Made by a program: the position numbers and the translations under genes. Shown one piece after another: positions 11,075 to 19,837 of a stretch of 64,000 nt of DNA. Source of the stretch: Candidatus Omnitrophota bacterium (GTDB taxonomy: Bacteria > Omnitrophota > Gorgyraeia > 2-01-FULL-45-10). Positions within the stretch are counted from its first letter, which is position 1, and each line of letters starts with the position of its first letter. The notes under the pieces were generated by a model. It had not been told where the DNA came from, did no database searches, and worked only from the letters and a program-made list of their open reading frames with translations. The DNA lies in the NCBI GenBank assembly GCA_030695905.1, contig JAUYOL010000043.1, forward strand, positions 998 through 64,997, written 5' to 3'.

Positions 11075-11903
11075 TAAATTAAAAGTTATAATTAAATTTG
11101 CGGCATGCTTAGTGTTGTCTTTGATAGCGTATATTCCTACTATTTGGTGGATGATAGATAGGTGGTCGGCAAAAGAGTCTTATTATTCACATGGATTTTT
11201 GATCCCCATAATATCTGTATTTATAATGTGGCAGAAAAGAAGCGTTTTAGGCAAAATAAAAATATCCGGGAATATGCTGGGTCTATGGATTATCACATTA
11301 TGCCTATTAATCCATGTTGTATGCGCGGCTCTTCGGATATATTTTCTGTCGGGATTTACATTGATAATGCTGATTTATGGCATGGTTCTATTTTTCTTTG
11401 GCCTTGAGATGATCCGCAAGCTTACATTCCCGATACTTTTCCTGTTTGCGATGGTTCCGTTACCGCTTGCTATAATCGGCAATCTTACGGTCCAGCTCAA
11501 ACTTCTGGCTACTCAATTATCGGTTCTCACTCTTAATAAAATAGGGTTTCGTTGTATACAGGATGGCAGTTTTATAAGAATGCCGTCTTCGTTCATTGAG
11601 GTTGCGGCGCCATGCAGCGGTCTTCGCTCAATAATATCGCTTGTTACGCTGGGGCTGCTTTTTGCTTATGTTGTAAAAACATCATTTCTTAAGAAGAGCA
11701 TACTATTCTTATCGTCGTTTCCCATAGCTATAGCTACGAATGTAATGAGGATAACTATGGTTTCAATTGTTAATGATCTTTACGGGGGAAAGGTTGCTAT
11801 GGGTGTTTTTCATGATTTTACAGGGTTTCTGGTATTTGCGGCAGCGTTTCTCGGGCTCTTCGGAATTGCTCAACTTATAGGAGCGAAACAAATTGAAATT
11901 TGA
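11067..11903 (+). CDS. epsH: Exosortase (EpsH/Xrt family)
   Basis: YSHGFLIP; catalytic triad motifs VAAPCSGLRS (Cys), NVMRI (Arg), FHDFTG (His); about 8 TM; GTG start. Confidence 0.93.
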   Translation: MDNKLKVIIKFAACLVLSLIAYIPTIWWMIDRWSAKESYYSHGFLIPIISVFIMWQKRSVLGKIKISGNMLGLWIITLCLLIHVVCAALRIYFLSGFTLIMLIYGMVLFFFGLEMIRKLTFPILFLFAMVPLPLAIIGNLTVQLKLLATQLSVLTLNKIGFRCIQDGSFIRMPSSFIEVAAPCSGLRSIISLVTLGLLFAYVVKTSFLKKSILFLSSFPIAIATNVMRITMVSIVNDLYGGKVAMGVFHDFTGFLVFAAAFLGLFGIAQLIGAKQIEI

Positions 11904-12528
11904 TAAAAATACGATTGGATTTGTAGCGTTGATAGTTATGTTACTGGCGGCGAGCACGATCTCTTTGGGATTATTCAGCAGAGAGATGATCGCAAGCGAT
12001 AAGCTGGATGTGCATGCGTTTCCAATGGCGGTAGGGCAATGGCAGGGCAGGGAATTGCCTATCACGGAAAAAGAATATGATATACTGGAAACGCGAAATT
12101 TGATTTCGAGGGAATATACGAATCCTTCCGGAGATAAATTGTACCTGCTCATTATTTATTCCGAAACAAATAGGTCTGTGTTTCATCCTCCCGAGGTATG
12201 CATGATGGGGGGCGGGCTTACCATAACGGATAAACAGGTGGATAAAGTTGGGTTGGACAGCAAAGCATTCACGACAAATAAGATATTTGCCCAGAAGGGC
12301 CAGTTTAAAGAGATAATCCTTAACTCTTACAAGGCAGGCAATCTCCATACAAGCAATTTCTACCTCCAGCAAACGTATTTGGCACTTCACCAGATCTTCG
12401 GACGCAATGTTCCAGGCGCGACGCTTCGAGTTTCAATGGCTGTCGGACACAGCGAGCGCGCGGCATTAGCTACTCTCAAAGATTTCCTCAGTAAATCCGC
12501 CACCATACTTGATAAATTAAGCAGTTAA
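11893..12528 (+). CDS. epsI: EpsI family exosortase-associated protein
   Basis: FP..VGQWQG, REY, HPPEVC..GGG motif; TTG start overlapping epsH. Confidence 0.88.
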   Translation: MKFDKNTIGFVALIVMLLAASTISLGLFSREMIASDKLDVHAFPMAVGQWQGRELPITEKEYDILETRNLISREYTNPSGDKLYLLIIYSETNRSVFHPPEVCMMGGGLTITDKQVDKVGLDSKAFTTNKIFAQKGQFKEIILNSYKAGNLHTSNFYLQQTYLALHQIFGRNVPGATLRVSMAVGHSERAALATLKDFLSKSATILDKLSS

Positions 12529-12532
12529 GCGC

Positions 12533-12603
12533 TGTCCATTCAACTCAACACGTTACCCAAGAAGTGTTGAATTTATGACAATCACCTGTCAGGGATTGTC
12601 ATA
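12533..12603 (+). promoter_or_regulatory. Candidate upstream activator (enhancer) sites for a sigma-54 activator
   Basis: TGT-N10-ACA at 12565-12580; TGT-N12-ACA at 12533-12550; inverted repeats TCAACAC/GTGTTGA (12545-12570) and TATGACAATC/GATTGTCATA (12574-12603), about 110-180 bp upstream of the -24 box. Confidence 0.55.
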
Positions 12604-12712
12604 GTTTGTCATTGAACTTCATATAATGACTCCTACCTCGCATTCTAACTCATTGAACTGCAAGTAGTTACAGCTTAGTAATTTTACGAATTATTTATAC
12701 ATTAATGAAGAT

Positions 12713-12728
12713 TGGCACAGATATTGCT
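12713..12728 (+). promoter_or_regulatory. Sigma-54 (RpoN) -24/-12 promoter
   Basis: TGGCAC-AGATA-TTGCT, exact consensus and spacing; IHF-like sites at 12646-12670. Confidence 0.88.
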
Positions 12729-12753
12729 TATACAGTATGTGATGAAATAAAAG

Positions 12754-12773
12754 CCTGCCTACCGGCAGGCAGG
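12754..12773. repeat. Short palindromic repeat CCTGCCTACCGGCAGGCAGG
   Basis: 7-bp arms CCTGCCT/AGGCAGG; related copy at 35857-35873. Confidence 0.7.
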
Positions 12774-12784
12774 GAGTGTTTTTT

Positions 12785-12901
12785 ATGAAGAAGATGATGG
12801 AGTCGTTAAAAGAGATTTTCGAAGAACTTAAACACGAGATAGATGTGTATATGACTATACAGAGATATGCCCGTCTTTCGAAGAAATACAAGAGCACATA
12901 A
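12785..12901 (+). CDS. Unannotated 38-aa small protein MKKMMESLKEIFEELKHEIDVYMTIQRYARLSKKYKST
   Basis: GGGAG Shine-Dalgarno at 12772-12776; its TAA abuts the ATG of the next gene; first ORF after the sigma-54 promoter. Confidence 0.6.
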   Translation: MKKMMESLKEIFEELKHEIDVYMTIQRYARLSKKYKST

Positions 12902-13684
12902 ATGGCTGTAAGAAAAATAAAATCCGCAGCAAAATACATAGTCTACTTTGCTTTGCCGCCCTTGGTGCTTCTTTACGCCATAAACCTCTGTTATGCGCAG
13001 AGTGGCCACGAGGCTCGAGCGATAGTGCCCGAACCAAGCACTACGGCTCTTCTTGCCACCGGATTTATCGGGTATATGACAAGATTCGCCAGAAAGCATT
13101 TCCGCGAATTCAAGAGGATATTCGATAATGTTATAGCAGGTATGGGAATAGCTTTGGCAGCGCCTTTAATCCTATTTACAGCCGTTATCATTAAGGTGGT
13201 ATCACCAGGTCCGATATTCTATAAGCAAGAGAGGGTAGGGTGGGGTGGAAAGACGTTCTATATATATAAGTTAAGAACTATGCGCATAGACGCTGAAAAA
13301 AACACAGGTCCGATGTGGGCAAAAGAAGATGATCCGCGCCTGATAAGATTTGGCAAGCTTATCAGAAAGATGCATATAGATGAATTACCCCAATTATATA
13401 ACGTGCTAAAAGGCGAAATGAGTATTGTCGGCCCAAGGCCCGAGAGGCCCGTGTTTGTTGAGAAACTAAGTAAAGAAGTTATCGATTATCGGAAGAGAAT
13501 ACAGATAAGGCCCGGCATAACCGGCCTTGCTCAAGTATGGCACAGATATGACGAAACCATTGCTGATGTAAGGAAGAAAGTCAAATACGATCTCCTGTAT
13601 ATAAGAGAGATGTGTTTGATGGTTGATCTAAGAATTCTTTTGCGTACCGTAATAGTTGCTGCGTTAGGGAAAGGGGCAAGATAG
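12902..13684 (+). CDS. Priming phosphoglycosyl transferase (bacterial sugar transferase) with an N-terminal signal peptide and PEP-CTERM sorting segment
   Basis: VPEPSTTALLATGFIGYMTRFARK at residues 42-65, then KRIFD, GPIFYKQERVG, KLRTM, DELPQL, VGPRPERP, RPGITGLAQV. Confidence 0.9.
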   Translation: MAVRKIKSAAKYIVYFALPPLVLLYAINLCYAQSGHEARAIVPEPSTTALLATGFIGYMTRFARKHFREFKRIFDNVIAGMGIALAAPLILFTAVIIKVVSPGPIFYKQERVGWGGKTFYIYKLRTMRIDAEKNTGPMWAKEDDPRLIRFGKLIRKMHIDELPQLYNVLKGEMSIVGPRPERPVFVEKLSKEVIDYRKRIQIRPGITGLAQVWHRYDETIADVRKKVKYDLLYIREMCLMVDLRILLRTVIVAALGKGAR

Positions 13685-13692
13685 GGAAGACT

Positions 13693-14391
13693 ATGAAAAA
13701 ACTAATATTTGCTTTTGTGTTAATGAGTATATTTGCTGCTCAAGCGTACGCAGACACTGCCGGCGGTCCGCATCTTTGGTTAAGCACAAATTCTAATCAA
13801 TTTAATGAAGGCGGGATCGGTTATGTAGGATCAACATCCGGCTGGAATGACGAAAGCTATGTCGCAAATAATATGCCGTTTACGATGTATTTATATAATA
13901 CGGCGCCAGAAAACAAAGGTACGGCTTATGATATAGGACTTATTGTGGCAGTTCATGGGGGTGATACCGATGGTAGCATTACGATAGCGGATGCATTTGG
14001 GGTGGAAGAAACGTTTACATATTCGGACTTTACGAGTACTAATCCATATCCAGGCGGAGGCCACGGCGTCTATGATGGCGGGAGCGATGGTATTTATGCA
14101 GTATTAAAGCCAAGCAATAGTATAGATCTTACTTATGATAATACTGGTAATGAGAATATAACGAGCACCGCTTCAAGTTGGACAAAATTTGTGGTAAAGA
14201 GTTCTTCTTTTTCAGAGGTCCACTTCGATGCCAGATCGTTTGGCGGAAGCAATGGTGTATTTTATAACCCTGCTTCACATGATGTAAATTGGCCTGGTGA
14301 CGGAGATCCGACCGTTCCGGAGCCGGCAACGCTGTCGCTCTTGGGGTTGGGATTGGCGGGGTTATTGAGATTTAGAAAAAGAAAAGTATAA
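13693..14391 (+). CDS. PEP-CTERM surface protein (choice-of-anchor N-like domain possible)
   Basis: Signal peptide ending AYA; C-terminal VPEPATLSLLGLGLAGLLRFRKRKV; VHFDA...NPASHDV. Confidence 0.92.
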   Translation: MKKLIFAFVLMSIFAAQAYADTAGGPHLWLSTNSNQFNEGGIGYVGSTSGWNDESYVANNMPFTMYLYNTAPENKGTAYDIGLIVAVHGGDTDGSITIADAFGVEETFTYSDFTSTNPYPGGGHGVYDGGSDGIYAVLKPSNSIDLTYDNTGNENITSTASSWTKFVVKSSSFSEVHFDARSFGGSNGVFYNPASHDVNWPGDGDPTVPEPATLSLLGLGLAGLLRFRKRKV

Positions 14392-14428
14392 TTTTCAATA
14401 AAATTCAGTTATGAGAGGAGGTGAAATA

Positions 14429-15103
14429 ATGAAAAAAGTGTTATTAGTAGTAGCAGCTGTTATATTTCTAGCGGCAGGGAATGCATACGCAATCGTTCCC
14501 ACGATCGATGGCTTAATGACAAGCTTGACAGAATGGGATGGATCGCAGTTATTTGGCGGTGATTCAAACGAAGCCAGTATTTCCGATAGCTGGGATATAA
14601 AGAACATATTCATGAAAGTAGTGGCGGGTGACGGCTGGTACTTCAGGATGGATACATATGGAACGCCGACATTTTCCGGTGGACCGGGCTCTGAGGGTGA
14701 GGAAGCTGCATTCAAATTTTTTCTCGATATCAACAATGACGATACTAGCGATTATCTGATAGATTTGAATAATAGGAACTACACTGCTCTAGGAATAGTA
14801 TCCGTGTATACTGGAGAACCTGCATTCACAGAGTTAGGGATATTAGGCACCAGTAATGGTCTATCAAGTATAGTAGAGATGTATGTGCCCGATAGTCTAC
14901 TCTCAACGGATGTATTTTTTGACAATGTTGCTCTGAGTCCGTTTGGTCTGCGCGCGCGTCTCGATGGCAATGGAGATGAGCCGGACGATAGGTTGCCGGG
15001 GAGCGGCTACATCAAAACGCCCGAACCGGGCAGCGCTATGCTTCTTGGTATGGGGTTAATAGGGCTGGTTGGAAGGTTGTTTCGTAAAAAGGCTAAGGCA
15101 TAA
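14429..15103 (+). CDS. PEP-CTERM surface protein
   Basis: AGGAGGTG SD before MKKVLL; signal ending AYA; C-terminal TPEPGSAMLLGMGLIGLVGRLFRKKAKA. Confidence 0.92.
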   Translation: MKKVLLVVAAVIFLAAGNAYAIVPTIDGLMTSLTEWDGSQLFGGDSNEASISDSWDIKNIFMKVVAGDGWYFRMDTYGTPTFSGGPGSEGEEAAFKFFLDINNDDTSDYLIDLNNRNYTALGIVSVYTGEPAFTELGILGTSNGLSSIVEMYVPDSLLSTDVFFDNVALSPFGLRARLDGNGDEPDDRLPGSGYIKTPEPGSAMLLGMGLIGLVGRLFRKKAKA

Positions 15104-15275
15104 TTCCGTATATAGCGTATAGTGCTTATAATGCAATACGCTATTACGGGAGGATGCTTGAACCAGTAAGCATGCTTATGTGGCGAGAGCATAAGGCCGA
15201 AAAGTGTTTTATGTTCTCCCACCGGACTTATAACTTATAATTACTTGGGGGAGAGTACTCTTTAGAAAAGAATTG

Positions 15276-15308
15276 AGGGGTAGGGATGTAAATTTCTACC
15301 CCTTTTTT
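15276..15308 (+). terminator. Intrinsic terminator closing the PEP-CTERM operon
   Basis: AGGGGTAGGGAT-GTAA-ATTTCTACCCCT followed by a T run. Confidence 0.8.
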
Positions 15309-15349
15309 CTTTACTTAGGCTATGCTTAGTATATAATATTGGGCTGACC

Positions 15350-16219
15350 ATGAAATACAATATTAGAAAAATCTGGATGGATTCTTTGGGCCTGATGATA
15401 AATCAGCCGATCATCATTATGCCATTTGTGTTAATAGCGTTTTTTGAGGCTCTTGCGCTGGAAGTAGTGTATTTTTCTACCAGACCCCCGATTCTGCCGA
15501 TAGCAGGCCCTGTAATAAAAAAATTGTTTGGAGAACAGTTTCTGCATTATCCGGCGTATCTTGTCAGTCTGTCGAAGTTATTTTATTATCTTCAAATAGT
15601 GATCTATATTATTGCCGGAGCGTTTCTCGTAGGTATTAGTGTAAATATTTTCAAGAATATCAAGGAGAAGCTTCCTGTAAGGGCCAAGGCCATGGTAAAA
15701 AACTCCTTAAAGAATTACGCATACTTTTTCGGCTATGCCCTTATTGTGGTATTCATGACATTCTTGCTAAAAAAGGTAGATGTCTATGTTTTTTCTAAAT
15801 TGTTTAAACTCGGATTGAAATTTTTGCCGCATATCCAGCCTCAAATTTATTCCATCTGCCTGATGATGGCTATATTTGTTTCAAATATTATCCTGCAGGC
15901 TTTTGTCATATTGACCATACCTATCATAGTCATAGATAAGATGCCGCTTTTAAAGGCATTTTTAAAAAGCATGTCCTTGGGTTTTCACAACTTCGGCGCG
16001 ATCATTGCGTTGATATTTTTACCTTTTTTAATATACCTGCCTATATCTGTTTTAAAAAGTGTTTCTGATGTTTTGATAAATAAAACCTTCCCGGAGATAA
16101 GCTTCTACATTACAGCCGCTGGAATAATAGCGTCAATATTTCTGGATTGTTTTATCATAATATGTATTTCACAGTTTTTGCTTATTAAGCAAAAAGAACC
16201 GCTTAAGAATACAGCATGA
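15350..16219 (+). CDS. Hypothetical polytopic membrane protein
   Basis: About 6 hydrophobic segments; ATGA overlap with the next gene. Confidence 0.75.
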   Translation: MKYNIRKIWMDSLGLMINQPIIIMPFVLIAFFEALALEVVYFSTRPPILPIAGPVIKKLFGEQFLHYPAYLVSLSKLFYYLQIVIYIIAGAFLVGISVNIFKNIKEKLPVRAKAMVKNSLKNYAYFFGYALIVVFMTFLLKKVDVYVFSKLFKLGLKFLPHIQPQIYSICLMMAIFVSNIILQAFVILTIPIIVIDKMPLLKAFLKSMSLGFHNFGAIIALIFLPFLIYLPISVLKSVSDVLINKTFPEISFYITAAGIIASIFLDCFIIICISQFLLIKQKEPLKNTA

Positions 16220-17091
16220 AGAAAATTATATTGATTTTAATATCGATTCTTGTGGCAATATTCGTTATCCTATCGGTCTTTGGGATGGGCGGTGAATACG
16301 AGGCAGAAAAATTGTTTTATCGGGCAATGAAGGTTAACTCAAAGATTACGATTAATCCTGATGTAGCTCCACCCGCGCTTCTTTTGGTCGTAGAGAATAA
16401 TCTTAATAAACTAATTACGAAATATCCAAAGGCCAATATAACAAAGACCGCTAACATAGCGCTTTTGGAATTCTATATAGCCCATAAAAACTATAACAAA
16501 GGCATGTCTTTGGCAGGCAGCATGATACAAACATATAAGGAAGATCTTTTCATCCTTAGCGTGGCTCAGTTCCTCAAGGGTGTTATATATGAGAAACAAA
16601 ATGATTGGTCACGTGCCCTTACAGAGTTTATTACGCTGCGGGATAAATATCCGAATACTCAGCTCGGCGTGCAGATACCTCTTTATATCGCAAAATACTA
16701 TGATACTAAGGGAGAGGACTCCAAGGCAATGGAAGCATATGGCCAGGCCCAGTCGTTCTACGAGAATATGGAGAAAGAATACGAAGGGAAGAATATGGGA
16801 TATATAGCTTCCGCTATGTTAATTCAAACATTTGTGAGCTCAAGAAATTATGAGAAAGCAGGAGCGTCTATAGAATATGCAATTGATAAATATTATAGCC
16901 AGATGGCTTTGGTTCAACTATTGCCGCTTGTGGAAAATATAATTGTTACAAAGCTGAAGAACTCCGAGAAGGCAGTAGATATCTATAATAATATTTTAGC
17001 GAAGTCGAAAGACGAAAAATTAAAAAAAGTTTTACAAAAAAGAATAGATGAGTTGACTGGCAAGGGTCCGGTTAGTGTTTCAAAAAGTTAG
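16216..17091 (+). CDS. Membrane-anchored TPR protein
   Basis: N-terminal TM; repeated helices with A...Y/F...KYP patterns. Confidence 0.75.
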   Translation: MKKIILILISILVAIFVILSVFGMGGEYEAEKLFYRAMKVNSKITINPDVAPPALLLVVENNLNKLITKYPKANITKTANIALLEFYIAHKNYNKGMSLAGSMIQTYKEDLFILSVAQFLKGVIYEKQNDWSRALTEFITLRDKYPNTQLGVQIPLYIAKYYDTKGEDSKAMEAYGQAQSFYENMEKEYEGKNMGYIASAMLIQTFVSSRNYEKAGASIEYAIDKYYSQMALVQLLPLVENIIVTKLKNSEKAVDIYNNILAKSKDEKLKKVLQKRIDELTGKGPVSVSKS

Positions 17092-17128
17092 AATCATTTC
17101 TCTTGCATAACATGATAAGTGTGATAAG

Positions 17129-17413
17129 ATGAGCAGGATTAGTAATACCGGCGAAAAAAATCGTTTTAAAAAATTGTCGTTGATGGGGAGAAAGTATAAC
17201 GGGATAATAAATGAAATATCTAATCCCATTGACGCGACAAATCGTTTTATAAATCTGGCTCTGCATAGTATTGGTGATAATTCGCAGGGACGGCAGTTTC
17301 TTCTGGAGTCGAAGCAGGGGATAAAGAAGACAGCAATGCTTCTCAAGAGACTGAACGATTATTCAAAAAAGATAGAGAGCGAGATTCGCGAAATGGTGGA
17401 CATGAATGAGTAA
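17129..17413 (+). CDS. Stand-alone HisKA (DHp)-like protein lacking the phosphoacceptor His
   Basis: KKLSLMGRKYNGIINEISNPID aligns by eye to EKLASxGxLxxGxAHExNNPL with H replaced by N; ends LNDYSK; no ATPase domain. Confidence 0.65.
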   Translation: MSRISNTGEKNRFKKLSLMGRKYNGIINEISNPIDATNRFINLALHSIGDNSQGRQFLLESKQGIKKTAMLLKRLNDYSKKIESEIREMVDMNE

Positions 17414-18776
17414 ACCCCGCATTCTGATATTAAGCGAAGACAGACTTGACCAGAAGTCGCTTTATGAATTGATCCGCCACCATGGCTATGAGGCGGACAT
17501 CGCCAACTCTGCCGAAGAAGCCATCTCTTCACTCGAAGATAAGGTTTTTAACGTTATACTTGCCGATCTGGCTGCCGCAAAGAATGCCGAATCTATAAGG
17601 TCCATCAAATCCAAATCTCTTTCTACGGAAATAGTATTATTATCATCTTATGAAAACGTGCACGAAGAAATAAGCGGCCTTGTTTCCGATTGCCTTATAA
17701 GGCCGATTGAAGACAGAAAGATCATTAATTCAATAGAAAAAGCACTGCAGAAATTGCCACAGCAGAAAAGCAAGCCATCTTTTATTAAAAAATTTCTTCA
17801 TCCCCAAAACGATAATTTTTATGATCTGGTGGGCAAAGACCCATCCATGAAAGAAATATATTCTATAATAGAGCGCATATCCAGCACAAAAGCCACAATA
17901 TTATTGCGCGGAGAGAGCGGCACCGGCAAAAGAGTGATCGCTCGCGCTATCCATAAGGCTGATAAGAAAAGGCGCGATAAGCCCTTTATGGAAATATCCT
18001 GCGGCGCGCTCCCAAGAGAGATCATAGAAAGCGAGTTATTTGGCCATACAAAAGGGGCGTTTACAGGCGCTATAAATGACCGTAAAGGCCGCTTTGAACT
18101 TGCCCATGGCGGAACAGTGCTTTTGGACGATATAGATTCTTTTTCGCTGGATCTTCAGGTAAAACTATTAAGAGTGTTGCAGCATAAAGAATTCGAGCTC
18201 GTCGGTGACCACAAAACAATAAAAGTCGATGTCCGCTTTATAGTCTCCACGAATCAGGATCTGGAAAAATTGGTTGCGGAGAAAAAGTTCAGAGAAGACT
18301 TGTATTATCGCCTGAATGTAATATCGATACTTGTTCCACCCTTAAGGAAGCGCAAAGACGACCTGCCGCTATTAGTAGACCATCTTATAAACCTTTATTC
18401 CAAAGAAAATCATAAGAAGATAGAAGGTGTTTCAAAAGAGACGATGGATATTCTGATGAAATATGATTGGCCGGGTAATGTCAGGGAACTTGAAAATATA
18501 GTGGAGCGCGCAGTCATACTCGATACAGATAATATTATTGATAGTAACGATCTGCCGGGCATCCTTGTCAGGAACACGGTTCAGGCAGGTATTGCCGAAA
18601 GCGAAAATGCCGAATCGCTGAAAGACGCATTAAGAGAGCCTGAAAAAGTATATATACTTCAGGTGATGAAAGAGGTGAAGTGGAACAAGAAGAAGGCAGC
18701 AAAAAAATTAGGCGTGAACAGGACGACCCTGTATAATAAATTAAAAAAATATAATATTTTATCATCCCTTCAATAA
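17406..18776 (+). CDS. Sigma-54-dependent Fis-family activator (NtrC/PrsR-like) with an atypical receiver
   Basis: GESGTGK, ESELFGHTKGAFTGA, FREDLYYRLNV, WPGNVRELEN, C-terminal HTH. Confidence 0.92.
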   Translation: MSKPRILILSEDRLDQKSLYELIRHHGYEADIANSAEEAISSLEDKVFNVILADLAAAKNAESIRSIKSKSLSTEIVLLSSYENVHEEISGLVSDCLIRPIEDRKIINSIEKALQKLPQQKSKPSFIKKFLHPQNDNFYDLVGKDPSMKEIYSIIERISSTKATILLRGESGTGKRVIARAIHKADKKRRDKPFMEISCGALPREIIESELFGHTKGAFTGAINDRKGRFELAHGGTVLLDDIDSFSLDLQVKLLRVLQHKEFELVGDHKTIKVDVRFIVSTNQDLEKLVAEKKFREDLYYRLNVISILVPPLRKRKDDLPLLVDHLINLYSKENHKKIEGVSKETMDILMKYDWPGNVRELENIVERAVILDTDNIIDSNDLPGILVRNTVQAGIAESENAESLKDALREPEKVYILQVMKEVKWNKKKAAKKLGVNRTTLYNKLKKYNILSSLQ

Positions 18777-18793
18777 ATTAGGCTTAATAATTA

Positions 18794-19837
18794 ATGTTTT
18801 ATAAAGATATCAACCTGTCGGATCTTGTAAATCTTGCCGAGTGGCAGAAAATACAGGATTCTTTTTCCGAAGTCCTCGAAGTTACATTAAGAACGATCTC
18901 TCTGGATGGCAAACTTCTCTCGCGTATAAGCCGTCCTTCCAGATACTGCACCGAAATACTCCCAAAATTTACAAATCTCAATAATATCTGCGGTGATAAC
19001 GCATCTGCCGGTGCCGCAAAAAAACTTTCCCAGATAGTTCAAGACGGAGGGAATTTTAAACTGCCTTTTGGCATAGATGTGTCTATCATTCCCATTAAAG
19101 CGATCGGCAATAAAGACGTAGCTTATATTATGGTGGGCCCGCTTATACTTAAAAGCCGCAAGGCGGAGTCAGAATACGCGGAAGAAGCTAAAAAAGCGGG
19201 GATCGATCCCGATACATTGATGGATGTGCTCATAGATATAAATGTCTTTTCCTATAATAAAGTTCACTCTATGACAAGCCTGATAAAAGATATATTTTCA
19301 CATATGGCACAAACGGAATATCATAAGAAGAGATTGGGGGAGATAGCTCCAGAGGTAGTAGAATTAGACCCTCTATTTTCAAAATATTATGAAGAGAAGA
19401 TATTAAGAGCTATGCTTAAGACGTGTTCTTTAGTTCTTAACGCGGACTCTGGTTCTATAATGACAGTTGATAAGGACACCAAAACTTTGCATATAAAAGC
19501 CGCTTCAAAGCTTGATAGTAAGATAATCAATAGTACAAGCATAAAAATAGGGGAGGGGATAGCCGGAATTGCGGTGGCCACTGCCATGCCCATAATATTG
19601 CCTAAGGATAAGGATAAGAACGGTATTTCAGATAAGATGAAAAGAAGCGGTATAAAGTCCTCTATGATAGTGCCATTTAATAAAGGCAGCGACCACGACG
19701 TCTATGGTGTTATCAATCTTAATATTACGCGAAAGAGCGCAGGTTTTTCTGAAAAAGATATCAATTTAGTAAAAGAGCTGGTCAATATGACCAGCATCGC
19801 GTTAATTCCGCTGTATAAAAAACCTTCAACTCAGTAA
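18794..19837 (+). CDS. PocR ligand-binding plus GAF domain protein, no output domain
   Basis: N-terminal LVNLAEWQKIQDSFS...SRYC (PocR-like); C-terminal GSIM...GEGIAG...SSMIVPF...GVINL...FSEKD (GAF). Confidence 0.78.
   Translation: MFYKDINLSDLVNLAEWQKIQDSFSEVLEVTLRTISLDGKLLSRISRPSRYCTEILPKFTNLNNICGDNASAGAAKKLSQIVQDGGNFKLPFGIDVSIIPIKAIGNKDVAYIMVGPLILKSRKAESEYAEEAKKAGIDPDTLMDVLIDINVFSYNKVHSMTSLIKDIFSHMAQTEYHKKRLGEIAPEVVELDPLFSKYYEEKILRAMLKTCSLVLNADSGSIMTVDKDTKTLHIKAASKLDSKIINSTSIKIGEGIAGIAVATAMPIILPKDKDKNGISDKMKRSGIKSSMIVPFNKGSDHDVYGVINLNITRKSAGFSEKDINLVKELVNMTSIALIPLYKKPSTQ

Noticed and set aside
12691-13099. Minus-strand ORFs over the sigma-54 region
   Set aside because: They overlap a well-supported plus-strand promoter and genes
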